Shown piece after piece: positions 17,731-27,287 of a stretch of 64,000 nucleotides of DNA. This stretch comes from Candidatus Latescibacterota bacterium. Its GTDB lineage: Bacteria > Latescibacterota > UBA2968 > UBA8231. Within the stretch, counting starts at the first letter, position 1. Each line of letters begins with the position of its first letter. The stretch is taken from positions 3,048,305-3,112,304 of the forward strand of contig CBDCNM010000002.1 of NCBI GenBank assembly GCA_965219385.1. The letters run 5' to 3'. The notes under the pieces were generated by a model. The model saw nothing but the letters and a program-made list of their open reading frames with translations, searched no databases and had not been told where the DNA came from. The position numbers and the translations under genes were made by a program.

Positions 17731-19974
17731 ATGAAAACTCCGACGACACTCCTGGAGCCCGCGGAGGGCGAGATCGGCGCCAAGATCCAGGGCGCGGTGC
17801 CGGCGGATGAGGAGATCCTCATTCGCGTGTACAGCGATCTGGAGATGGACGGCCGCTTTGGGAAGCAGTGGATCGTGGTCACGGAAAAGCGGGCTCTGAT
17901 CGTACCGGTGCACGGGGTCGACGGGGTGGTGGAAGCGCCGATTGCAGGGATGAAGGCGGTGCGGACCGAAAGGCTGGTAGGGGCGGGCCGCCTGGAGATC
18001 GAACGCCGCGAAGCGCCTACCATTCTGGTGCCCTATTCCAACTCCCTGGGGCCCAAGTTTTCCGAAGTAGCACGCGGCCTGGAGCAGCTGCGCAAGGGAG
18101 AGCCCTTTCTGATCAACCCGGAGCTCGACCGGGTCCGTTGCGACAAGTGCGGGCGGCTATTGCCCGAAAAAAACGGGCTCTGTCCGGCCTGTGTCCACAA
18201 GCTGGCCATCATCAAGCGGATCGCCGGTTATATGAAACCCCATAAGGGCCAGGCCGCCGTCCTGGCTCTGGCCACGATTGCCACCGCTGCTGCGGAACTG
18301 GCGCCGCCCCTCATTACCAAGCGCATCGTCGACGATGTCCTGGTCCCCAAGGAGGGAGACGCGGCTTCCTTGTCCCAACGGCTCGAGTTGCTGGGCCTGC
18401 TGGTCCTGGGGTTGATCGGCATACGGATCATGAGTTGGGGCGCCGAATGGGTCCACGGGTGGGTCATAAGCTGGCTGGGGCCACAGGTGACCGCAGATAT
18501 CCGCGGCCAGCTCTACCGCCGTCTGGAGATGCTCTCGCTGCAGTTCTACGACAAACGCAAGGTGGGCGCTCTGATGTCCCGGGCCACGCGCGATGCGGGC
18601 ATGCTGCAAGAATTCCTGGTGGATGGTCTGCCCTACCTGGTCATCAATATCCTGATGATTCTGGGCATCCTGGGGTTTTTGTTCTGGATGAGTTGGAATC
18701 TCGGGCTCTACATCGTGGTGCCCATACCGCTGATCATCGTGTGGGGGGTGGTTTTCTGGAAGCGCATGCGGCGCCTGTTCAACAAGTGGGGGCAGGTCTG
18801 GTCGGATCTGACCGACCGCACCAACGAGGTCCTGTCCGGCATCCGCGTGGTCAAGGCCTTTGCCCAGGAACAGCGGGAGATGAAAGCATTCGGCAAGGTC
18901 AATAGCAGGACCACGGATATAGGCGTGAAGACCGGATTCAGCCGGGGGCTCTTCTTTGCCACGGTGAGTTTCCTGACCGGCCTGGGGGTGATGATCGTGT
19001 GGTTTTTTGGTGGGCGCGAGGTGCTTTTGGACCGGTTGAGTCTGGGTACGCTGCTGGCTTTTTATTCCTATATGTGGATGGTCTACGGACCCCTGGAGTG
19101 GTTCGGGCAGGTCAGTTCCTGGATGAGCCGGGCCTTTGCCGGGGCCGAGCGCATCTTCGAGGTCATCGACACCGAGCCCGAGGCCTACGAGGACCCGCAG
19201 GCCGTGCCCGTGCCTCGGATGCAAGGGCAGGTGCGCTTTCGCCGCGTCACCTTCGGCTACGACAAAAGCAAGCCCGTGCTCCACAACATGGATCTCGAAG
19301 TAAAACCCGGTGAGATGATCGGCCTGGTGGGCAAGTCCGGGGTGGGCAAGACCACCACCGTAAACCTGGTGTGTCGTTTCTACGACGTGGACCACGGTGC
19401 CATCGAGATTGACGGGGTGGATTTGCGCAAAATCCGCCTGGAGGACCTGCGCAGCCAGATCGGCGTCGTCCTGCAGGAACCCTTCCTGTTCAGCGGCACC
19501 ATTGCCGAGAATATTGGTTATGCCAAACCCGGGGCCTCCTTTGCCCAGATCATGGCCGCGGCCCGGGTGGCCAAGGCCCACAATTTCATCGTGGCCAAGC
19601 CCGACGGCTACGACACCCCGGTGGGCGAGCGCGGCAACAATTTGTCGGGCGGAGAGCGCCAGCGGGTGGCCATTGCCCGGGCGATTTTGCACGACCCGAG
19701 AGTCCTCATCCTGGACGAGGCGACCTCGTCGGTGGATGTGGAGACCGAAAAGCAGATCCAGGAGGCCATTGGCCAACTGGTTCAGGGGCGCACCACCTTT
19801 GCGATTGCCCATCGCCTGTCGACCCTGCGCAATGCGGATCGGCTGGTGGTGCTGGACGAGGGGCGCATAGTGGAAGTCGGCACCCACGCCGAACTGATGG
19901 CGCGCCAGGGCGCGTTCTACAGGCTGGTACAGCAGCAACGCCAGAGCGCCGAGATCATTGCGCTCAGAGAATAG
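17731..19974 (+). CDS. ABC exporter (TMD+NBD) with N-terminal extension and CxxC-x10-CxxC motif
   Basis: GKSGVGKTT, LSGGERQR, ILDEATS; N-terminal CDKC...CPAC. Confidence 0.92.
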   Translation: MKTPTTLLEPAEGEIGAKIQGAVPADEEILIRVYSDLEMDGRFGKQWIVVTEKRALIVPVHGVDGVVEAPIAGMKAVRTERLVGAGRLEIERREAPTILVPYSNSLGPKFSEVARGLEQLRKGEPFLINPELDRVRCDKCGRLLPEKNGLCPACVHKLAIIKRIAGYMKPHKGQAAVLALATIATAAAELAPPLITKRIVDDVLVPKEGDAASLSQRLELLGLLVLGLIGIRIMSWGAEWVHGWVISWLGPQVTADIRGQLYRRLEMLSLQFYDKRKVGALMSRATRDAGMLQEFLVDGLPYLVINILMILGILGFLFWMSWNLGLYIVVPIPLIIVWGVVFWKRMRRLFNKWGQVWSDLTDRTNEVLSGIRVVKAFAQEQREMKAFGKVNSRTTDIGVKTGFSRGLFFATVSFLTGLGVMIVWFFGGREVLLDRLSLGTLLAFYSYMWMVYGPLEWFGQVSSWMSRAFAGAERIFEVIDTEPEAYEDPQAVPVPRMQGQVRFRRVTFGYDKSKPVLHNMDLEVKPGEMIGLVGKSGVGKTTTVNLVCRFYDVDHGAIEIDGVDLRKIRLEDLRSQIGVVLQEPFLFSGTIAENIGYAKPGASFAQIMAAARVAKAHNFIVAKPDGYDTPVGERGNNLSGGERQRVAIARAILHDPRVLILDEATSSVDVETEKQIQEAIGQLVQGRTTFAIAHRLSTLRNADRLVVLDEGRIVEVGTHAELMARQGAFYRLVQQQRQSAEIIALRE

Positions 19975-19982
19975 CGGAGCAG

Positions 19983-22199
19983 ATGAAACCGTTTTTAGAA
20001 AATTTGCCGGCGGCAGTGGACCGCAAGCTGAGCACCGTCAAAACGGCAGAGGAAGAGGTGCTGATCCAGGTGGCCACCGACATGGCCGGCCAGGAGTGTT
20101 TTGACGAGCGCTGGCTGGTGGTGACCCCCAAGCAGCTGGTATTCCTCCATGCCAACGGCGCGGACGGCGTGGTGCAGCTGCCCATGGCTGCGGTCGAGCG
20201 CGCCCGGATCGAGGCTCTGGTCGGCGGCGGGCGCCTGGAGGTAGAGCGCAAGCAGGGGGATCCTGCCTTGCTTTATTACTCCAATTCCCTGGCGCCCAAG
20301 TTCGCCGAGGTCGCCGAGGGCATCAACCAGCTCTCCCAGGGTAAGGAGTTGATCCTGTCCACCGAGGTGGAGCGCAGCCGCTGCGAGCGCTGCAACCGCG
20401 TATTGCCGGAGAAAGACGGTATCTGTCCGGCCTGTGTCGAGAACTGGGAAACCTTGCGCCGGCTGCTCGGGTACATGGCGCCTTACCGCCTCAAGGCCCT
20501 GCTGTTGCTCGGGCTGATAATCGGATCGACCGGTCTGCAGCTGGTGCCGCCGCTCATTACCCAGTACATCATCGACGATGTGCTCACCCAGGCCGCCGGC
20601 TTCGACCTGCTGATCTGGCCGGTGCTGGGCCTGCTGGGCCTCAATATCGCGACCTGGCTGGCCGCTGTGGGACGCCGGTGGCTGGGCGCCTGGGTGGGCC
20701 TGAGGGCCATAGAGGACATGCGGGTCGAACTCTACAGGGCCTTGCAGTACCTGCCGCTGCGCTTCTACGACAAACGCAAGATAGGTTCCCTGGTATCCAG
20801 AATGAACAACGACTCGGACCTGGTGGAGGAGTACCTGATTTTTGATATTCCCTATGTTCTCTCCAACACCTTGATGGCCGTGGGCATTCTCGGGCTGCTG
20901 CTCTGCATGAACTGGGAACTGGCCCTCTACGTGTTGCTGCCGGTGGCGCCGATCGTGGTGGGCGGCAGCCTGATCTGGAACCGGCTGGAGGGCTACTGGC
21001 GCCGCTGGTCGGCCAAGTGGTCGCGGCTTTCCTCCCACCTCAACGAATCCATCACCGGGATCCGGGTGGTCAAGGCCTTTGCCCAGGAGGAGCGCGAAAA
21101 CCAGCGCTTCGGGCAGCACAACCGCGATCTGTGCCAGATCAGCGTCAGCGCCGAGCGCAGCTGGCTGGTCTTTTTCATGGTGACCAATTTTCTGATGGGG
21201 CTGGGTGGTTTCTTGGTGTGGTACTTCGGGGGGCGCCAGATCCTCAACGGGGCCCTGACGCTGGGAGCGTTGATGGCCTTCATCCACTACCTGTGGATGC
21301 TCTACGAACCGCTCCGGTGGTTGGGGGAGTTCTACGGCTTCATGGTGCGGGCCTATGCCGGGGCCGAGCGCATCTTCGAGGTCATCGACTCCCGCTCCGA
21401 GCCCTTTGAGGACTCGGCGGCCCTGCCCATGCCCCGACTTGAGGGCCGGGTGCGCTGCAAGGATATGGACTTTGGTTACGATCCGGGCAAACCCATTCTC
21501 AAGGAGATCGAACTGGATGTAAGGCCCGGGGAAATGATCGGCCTGGTGGGCAAGTCCGGGGTGGGCAAGACCACCTTGATCAACCTGATCTGCCGTTTCT
21601 ACGATCCCACCCGCGGCAGTCTGGAGATCGACGGAGTCGACATCCGCGGGATCCGGCTTCAGGATCTGCGCCGCCAGATCGGTCTGGTGGCCCAGCAGTC
21701 CTTCTTGTTCAGCGGCACCATTGCCGAGAATATCAGCTACGGCAAACCCGACGCCACCTTCGCCGAGATCGTGCGCGCGGCCCGGGCCGCCAATGCCCAC
21801 GAATTCATCATCACCCAGCTGGACGGCTATGACACCCGGGTGGGGGAAGAAGGCAACAAATTGTCCGGGGGCGAAAAACAGCGGATCGCCATTGCCCGCG
21901 CCATTCTGCACGATCCGAGGATCCTGATCCTGGACGAGGCCACCTCGTCGCTGGACACGCCCACCGAGAAGAAGATTCAGGAGGCCATCGCCCGGCTGGT
22001 GCAGGGGCGGACCACCTTTGCGATTGCCCACCGGCTCTCCACCCTGCGGAGTGCGGATCGGCTGGCGGTGCTGGACGAGGGCAGGATCGCCGAGGTCGGT
22101 ACCCACGAGGAGTTGATGGCGCGCCAGGGTTTTTTCTATAATCTGGTGAAGACGCAACAGGAGACTTCGGCGATCATGGCGGTGGGGGATGGAAAATAA
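19983..22199 (+). CDS. Paralogous ABC exporter (TMD+NBD) with the same N-terminal extension
   Basis: GKSGVGKTT, LSGGEKQR, ILDEATS; CERC...CPAC. Confidence 0.92.
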   Translation: MKPFLENLPAAVDRKLSTVKTAEEEVLIQVATDMAGQECFDERWLVVTPKQLVFLHANGADGVVQLPMAAVERARIEALVGGGRLEVERKQGDPALLYYSNSLAPKFAEVAEGINQLSQGKELILSTEVERSRCERCNRVLPEKDGICPACVENWETLRRLLGYMAPYRLKALLLLGLIIGSTGLQLVPPLITQYIIDDVLTQAAGFDLLIWPVLGLLGLNIATWLAAVGRRWLGAWVGLRAIEDMRVELYRALQYLPLRFYDKRKIGSLVSRMNNDSDLVEEYLIFDIPYVLSNTLMAVGILGLLLCMNWELALYVLLPVAPIVVGGSLIWNRLEGYWRRWSAKWSRLSSHLNESITGIRVVKAFAQEERENQRFGQHNRDLCQISVSAERSWLVFFMVTNFLMGLGGFLVWYFGGRQILNGALTLGALMAFIHYLWMLYEPLRWLGEFYGFMVRAYAGAERIFEVIDSRSEPFEDSAALPMPRLEGRVRCKDMDFGYDPGKPILKEIELDVRPGEMIGLVGKSGVGKTTLINLICRFYDPTRGSLEIDGVDIRGIRLQDLRRQIGLVAQQSFLFSGTIAENISYGKPDATFAEIVRAARAANAHEFIITQLDGYDTRVGEEGNKLSGGEKQRIAIARAILHDPRILILDEATSSLDTPTEKKIQEAIARLVQGRTTFAIAHRLSTLRSADRLAVLDEGRIAEVGTHEELMARQGFFYNLVKTQQETSAIMAVGDGK

Positions 22200-22234
22200 A
22201 ACGCCGCCGGCAAATAATCTGATGGAGGACTACC

Positions 22235-22807
22235 GTGGTAGCTGAAAGTGTGGAAACTCCAGAGCCGGGCCAGAACGGTCGGCCGCGGGAAGAGAAGGCG
22301 ATTACCCCCATTACCGTGCCCCACCCGGAACAGGTAGATGCCAGGGATATTCGTCTGTTCCGGGAGCCGGCCTGGACCCTGCGCCTGACCATCGAGGGAG
22401 ACCGCTCCTATATCAAGATCAAGGTGGTGCGCGCTGCGCCTTTGTCCCAGCCGGACAACTATATCTCCTTTTTAGACGGCAAGGACGAGGAGATCTGTAT
22501 GGTGGATGACCTGGGGGAATTGGGCGAGGAGACCCGCGCCATCATCGTGGAAGAACTGGATCGCCGCTACCTGACCTCCACCATCCAGGAGGTCCGCTCG
22601 GTGCGCAACGAGTTCGGCACCTCCTACTGGGACGTGCTGACCGACCGGGGCGAACGGGAGTTCGTGGTGCAGAATGTGGCCGAGAACGCCCAGTGGCTGG
22701 GGGACCACCGGCTGTTGCTGGTGGATGTGGACGGCAACCGTTTCGAGATCCCGAACCTGGGGGCCCTGGACAAGAAAAGTCTGGGGTTCGTCGAGCAGGT
22801 TTTGTGA
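22235..22807 (+). CDS. DUF1854-like protein
   Basis: RAAPLSQPDNYIS, WDVLTDRGER and LLVDVDGNRFEI resemble DUF1854; follows the ABC pair. Confidence 0.75.
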   Translation: MVAESVETPEPGQNGRPREEKAITPITVPHPEQVDARDIRLFREPAWTLRLTIEGDRSYIKIKVVRAAPLSQPDNYISFLDGKDEEICMVDDLGELGEETRAIIVEELDRRYLTSTIQEVRSVRNEFGTSYWDVLTDRGEREFVVQNVAENAQWLGDHRLLLVDVDGNRFEIPNLGALDKKSLGFVEQVL

Positions 22808-22923
22808 GGTCCATCGAGAGAGGAAACATCAGAAGACAGGGGCGGCCATAACCTGGAGCAGGTGGGAACGCGGCGCAGAAACCTGGACGGAAGGATTGGG
22901 GTCGAGTGCTTCCAGTTTGATAT

Positions 22924-22952
22924 GCAAATTTGGAATTGGATTCCAAATTTGC
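22924..22952. repeat. Perfect 13-bp inverted repeat
   Basis: GCAAATTTGGAAT-TGG-ATTCCAAATTTGC. Confidence 0.9.
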
Positions 22953-23235
22953 TTGCACTGCCTGCTCGTGCATCGGGGCGCCGTGCCGCGCCTGCACTTC
23001 TGGCGCACGGCTGGCGGCCACGAGGTGGACTTCATCCTCGATGACGGCCAGCAGCTCATCCCCATCGAAGCCAAGCTCACGGCCACGCCCAGGCCCGGAG
23101 GAGCACGCCCAAGCGCTCGAGCGCTTCCAGGCCCTTTTTGGCGCACGTGCGGCGCGCGGTCTTCTGGTGTGCCTCTGCCGCGAGCGCTTTCCCCTGACGT
23201 CGTCCGCAGACGCCGTGCCCCTCGACACCTTGTAA
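22953..23235 (+). pseudogene. C-terminal remnant of AAA/DUF4143-type ATP-binding protein
   Basis: LHFWRTAGGHEVDFIL..IPIEAK PD-(D/E)xK-like motif, frameshift to EHAQALERF; no N-terminus. Confidence 0.7.
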
Positions 23236-23248
23236 GTGGCCACTGCCC

Positions 23249-24313
23249 TCACTCGAGGGCCTCCCGGAGAAAGTCGTAGGCCCGGGCGCCGCTGATCTGG
23301 TGCCGGCCCGAAAAAATGTCGGCTTCCACCCGGTGGCGGGCCTCGAAAACGCCGTATACCCGGCGCGCTTTGGCCAGGCTGGAGCGCACCGAGCCAATGG
23401 GGAAGATCGGGTCGTGGGTGCCGGCCTCCACCAGCAGGGGCCGCGGGGCGATGAGGCCGACCAGATCGTAGATTTCGCCGAATTCGGCCAGGCCCGGCAC
23501 AAAGTTGCAGGGGCAGTGCGACATGGCCAGAATGCTGTGCTGGAAGGTCGAGTAATAGCCGCTGACTACGCAGGCGCGGATGCGCTCGTCAATGCAGGTG
23601 GAGAAGAAGGTGTGCATGCCGCCCCCCGAAATACCCATGGCGCCCAGGCGACTGGTGTCGAACTCGGGGCGGGTCTCCAAATAGTCGACCAGGCGCAGGC
23701 CGTCGCGCACGCGGATGCCCACCACCGAGGTGCCCAGGTGGAAGGCGAGCATGGCCGTATGGGTACAGGTCGAAGGCGCCCCCTGGCCGCGCTCCAGATA
23801 GGAGAAATCGGTCTGGCGCTCGCCAAAGCCCGAGATCTCGGGGGCGGCAACGGCAAAGCCGGCGCGGCACAGGGCCACGCCGAAATCCTTGTGGTAGCCG
23901 TCGGACTCGTCGCGCTCGCCGCCGTCCTCCCACAAACCGACGATGTCTTTGACGCCGTACCCGTGGCCATGGTAGGCCACAACCGTGGGCAGGGGTCCGC
24001 CGGCGCCTTTGGGCAGCAGGATGTACACCGGCATCTGCGCGTGGGAGCCGGTGCGCAGGATTATTTTCTGCCGCGTATAATCGCCTTTGTCGACTTCTTC
24101 TACTTTGCGAGGTGCCCAGTCCGTCTCGTGGCCGGCCGCCAGGCCCAGGTGCTTGGCCAAGGCCCGGCGCGTCGTCTTTTGCCAGCGCCGCGCCTTGGCC
24201 GGACTTTCGGCTTTAAAGGCGCGGGGTGCTGCCGCCGGGTCGTACTGTTTCCACAGCGCCGTCGCCGGTTGCAGCGATTTCAGGGTGCGACTGTCGAGTA
24301 TTTTGGAAGCCAT
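23249..24313 (-). CDS. Alpha/beta hydrolase (dienelactone hydrolase/acetylxylan esterase-like)
   Basis: HGHG, GISGGG nucleophile, APRPLL, GRH. Confidence 0.88.
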   Translation of the reverse strand: MASKILDSRTLKSLQPATALWKQYDPAAAPRAFKAESPAKARRWQKTTRRALAKHLGLAAGHETDWAPRKVEEVDKGDYTRQKIILRTGSHAQMPVYILLPKGAGGPLPTVVAYHGHGYGVKDIVGLWEDGGERDESDGYHKDFGVALCRAGFAVAAPEISGFGERQTDFSYLERGQGAPSTCTHTAMLAFHLGTSVVGIRVRDGLRLVDYLETRPEFDTSRLGAMGISGGGMHTFFSTCIDERIRACVVSGYYSTFQHSILAMSHCPCNFVPGLAEFGEIYDLVGLIAPRPLLVEAGTHDPIFPIGSVRSSLAKARRVYGVFEARHRVEADIFSGRHQISGARAYDFLREALE

Positions 24314-24343
24314 GCTCACTCCTTGAGATCGGCCAGAAGGCCG
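24116..24343. repeat. Duplicated block A, copy 1
   Basis: Near-identical to 32643-32870. Confidence 0.9.
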
Positions 24344-24371
24344 CCTTAACCAGCTTGACTTTGTCAGATCT

Positions 24372-25274
24372 CTAAGAAGAAAACCGGGCCAATTCGCCCG
24401 CAAAAGCCTCCAGACCTTCGATTAGAATGGCGCGGCGATGCAGCATCTCCAGATCCTTCTGGCCCCTGAGTTGGCGCACTTGCGTCGCCAGTTCGGCCGG
24501 CACCTGCCCGAACCTAACTTCCAACACCTCCAGCACATCTTCGCGCAGGCGTTCTTCCCGTCCTTCTTCCCGTCCTTCTTCCCGTCCTTCTTCCAGGATC
24601 TCGCGATATACCGGTGATTCCAGCATGATCTCTTTCCTCCGCAAAATGCGTTGCACCAGTTCCAGCGGATAGCGAATACCGCTCAACACCCGCAAGGCCA
24701 CATAGGCATCGGCGCGCTCTTCCCGTCCTTCAATCTCGTCCAGGACCCGCTGCTGACGCTCGCCCAGAATCGTCTCGACTTGCCGGTCTTCCCACTGCAT
24801 CAGCGGCAGCAAGGGGTACAAACCTACCCACTTGTGCGCCATCACCTCCTGCGCCTTGATCTGCCAGATCGGGATCACCTCGAAGCGGAACCGGGCGATC
24901 TCCTGGTCCCAAGCCGCCATCACCCACTCCTGCTGTAGAGACCCTCCCGGCCGCAGTACCACGACCACGGGATAGACCGGCAAATCGTAGCGTTCGTACA
25001 GCCGCCAGCTGTAGCCAACCATGCGCGCCGGCATCTGCGCTTCCCAGGCCGTCTGGAATTCCAACAGCAGCAAAGCCTCCGGGGCGTCGGGCCGCTTGGT
25101 TATGCGGACCCTGGCGGCAAAATCCACCTCGCGCAAGAGGGTTGGTAACTCCTTGTCGGCCTCCTCCACCTCCAGGTGCTCTACAGTGACGTGTTCCACC
25201 CGCAGGGCAAAGCGCACGTAATCCTCGGCGAATCTCGAGGTCAGGCGCTTCATGGTCAGGTCGTACTGACCCAT
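24372..25274 (-). CDS. Rpn-family / PD-(D/E)XK putative transposase
   Basis: YDLTMKRL, EVDF, LEFQT, PVYPVVVVL, ESPVY, EEGR x3, LEVRFG. Confidence 0.8.
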   Translation of the reverse strand: MGQYDLTMKRLTSRFAEDYVRFALRVEHVTVEHLEVEEADKELPTLLREVDFAARVRITKRPDAPEALLLLEFQTAWEAQMPARMVGYSWRLYERYDLPVYPVVVVLRPGGSLQQEWVMAAWDQEIARFRFEVIPIWQIKAQEVMAHKWVGLYPLLPLMQWEDRQVETILGERQQRVLDEIEGREERADAYVALRVLSGIRYPLELVQRILRRKEIMLESPVYREILEEGREEGREEGREERLREDVLEVLEVRFGQVPAELATQVRQLRGQKDLEMLHRRAILIEGLEAFAGELARFSS

Positions 25275-25412
25275 TTTCGGTTATCTCATCAATTTGAAGT
25301 GGAGCAGTAAATATGAATATACAGTGGCCTTTTTACAGGGGCAAGACCTTCCTCCTCGTCCTGGACCGGGCCCCATGGTAGGGTTGGCTCCGTAAGCTGG
25401 AATGAGCTCCTT

Positions 25413-26000
25413 TCACACAAGTGATAAGCGGCTGATCTCCCAATGCACCCGGTTGGTCACCAGGATCTTCACCGGCGTCTTGCCATTCTTGCGATCCCAC
25501 AGGGTCGCCAACCGAACCGGGTGATCGACATCAGGGAGGCGCACGGTTTTGGTGAAGTACCATTGTTTGCGATCGCCGATGCCGACCCGTTTGCGGTGGT
25601 CGGGTGCGATGTCCGCGGCCAGTTCCACCTCCTTCATCTCGCCGCCTTGGAACCAGGCCTTGCGGTTGCGCTTCAGGTCGCCCACGTAGCCGCGCTTATG
25701 ATCCTGGATGTGATTGAGACTCTCGGCACTGGTGAAGTAGCAGTCAAAGGCGAAATCCCCGGGGATCTCTCGCGCCACGGCCCCGTTCACCAACTCCTTG
25801 AACAGCTTCGTATGGCGCTTGAAAGGCTTCGCTGCCTCGCCCTTTTCGCGCTTGCGAAAGCGGCGGAACTCTAACGGATAATGTTTCCCCGACGTACATA
25901 CGTAGTTGGCGATCAGATAGTCGTGCGCAATCAGGTAGCGCTGCTCGGCATGGTCCCAGAACCAACCGACGTCCTCGATCCTCTCACCTGCTATGGTCAA
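25413..26000 (-). pseudogene. IS701-family-like transposase internal fragment
   Basis: YPLEFRRF, FAFDCYF, LKRNRK, ILVTN; lacks both ends. Confidence 0.65.
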
Positions 26001-26008
26001 CCAAGGGG

Positions 26009-26593
26009 TTGTCGATGGCGATGACCCCCTGCGCCGAATACCTTACCCCAGTTGACGTCGAGGACAATCGCACCGTCTGCGTTCTTGGGCAAAATCTCAG
26101 TACGGATCTCTTTCCCGTTCTGTCCCCAATAGGACGTGAAGTGAAACTGAACGGTCGACGCTACACGGTGGTGGGGGTGATGGAGGAGAGGAGAATGTTC
26201 GGCCAGGATTGGGGCAATCAGGTCATCGTGCCGGTGACGACCGCACAGAAACGGATGCTCGGCAGCAAGCGGATCGGCGAGCTGATTGTGCACACGACTG
26301 AGCCGACCGATGTGCCGCTGGTCATTCCAGCGATCGAAAAGGAGCTGAGAAGGTACCATGGAACGAACGCGACCTACCGCATCGACAGTGGTAAGGGCAT
26401 CCTGGAACAGGTCGAGCAGACGATTCTGATCATGAAGCTCGTGGCCGGCGGCATAGCCGGAATTTCCTTGCTGGTCGGCGGAGTCGGAATCATGAATATC
26501 ATGATCGTCTCGGTGACCGAACGCACCCGTGAGATCGGCATTCGCAAGGCCCTAGGCGCCAAGCCGACTACCTTCAATCCTGCTGGCCGATGA
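26009..26593 (+). pseudogene. MacB/FtsX-type ABC permease fragment
   Basis: [35 protein letters not shown]-terminus and final TMs missing. Confidence 0.85.
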
Positions 26594-26708
26594 GCCCACG
26601 GGCAATCTGGACAGCTGCATCGGGGAGGAGATCATGTCCCTCTTTGACGCTCTCCACGACGAAGGGAATACCATGATTCTGGTGACCTACGAAGTGAATA
26701 TCGCCTAC
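26577..26708 (+). pseudogene. LolD/MacB-type ABC ATPase fragment
   Basis: [13 protein letters not shown]...[10 protein letters not shown] read from 26577. Confidence 0.8.
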
Positions 26709-26811
26709 CTCCCGGAAATCCACCAGGAAGACTTAATCAGAGATTCCTTAAGCAGCTCCGCAAACGCGAGGATGGTTGCCCGCCGACCGTCCCCCGCCCT
26801 GATCTGTCCAA

Positions 26812-27095
26812 AGTGCCTGCTTGCGTTCGACGAGCGTATGCTCCGTAGGTAAGGAATGGACTCTGAGATAACATGCCTTTGATCATGGATCAAATTTGGG
26901 ACTTGCTGTCAAAGTGTCCGCTGACGTACATCGGGTGTACACCAGCGGACACTTTGGGGATGAGGTTCAAGGGTGATTTTTTCTATAAGTCGTTTAAAAA
27001 CAGGTATAGACATACTATGGCATAGTTATTGCTTTATCTCACTCAGGAACGAACTCCGATGTTTCCTAGGGGTTGGTCATTATTCTCAGGGTCTA
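26812..27095 (+). promoter_or_regulatory. Duplicated block B copy 1: palindrome plus sigma54-type promoter
   Basis: Near-identical to 32899-33182; CAAAGTGTCCGCTG/CAGCGGACACTTTG (26910-26956); TGGCATAGTTATTGC at 27018-27032. Confidence 0.75.
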
Positions 27096-27287
27096 CCCGG
27101 AGGTGAGAGTAAGGTGTCGCGTGTCGGCGAACAAGGGAAGGGTTATTTACACTAAAAGGAGGTATGAAAGGCTGTGCACCTGGCTGGGTGCGGGGCGACC
27201 TGATGTACCTACTAGGAGGGGTAAATAGTTGACATTGTTCTTTCGTACTATAGAGGGACTATGATGTCAACATATAAAGCGCTCTCT

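Noticed and set aside
18157..22157. Long antisense ORFs (593 and 720 aa) and similar ones elsewhere
   Set aside because: Shadow frames of GC-rich genes, with no recognisable motifs
24552..24592. TTCTTCCCGTCC tandem repeats as CRISPR/VNTR system
   Set aside because: They encode the EEGR repeats typical of Rpn-like proteins; no spacers
27164..27232. 22-aa ORF MKGCAPGW after AAAGGAGGT
   Set aside because: The RBS abuts the ATG with no spacer; no other support
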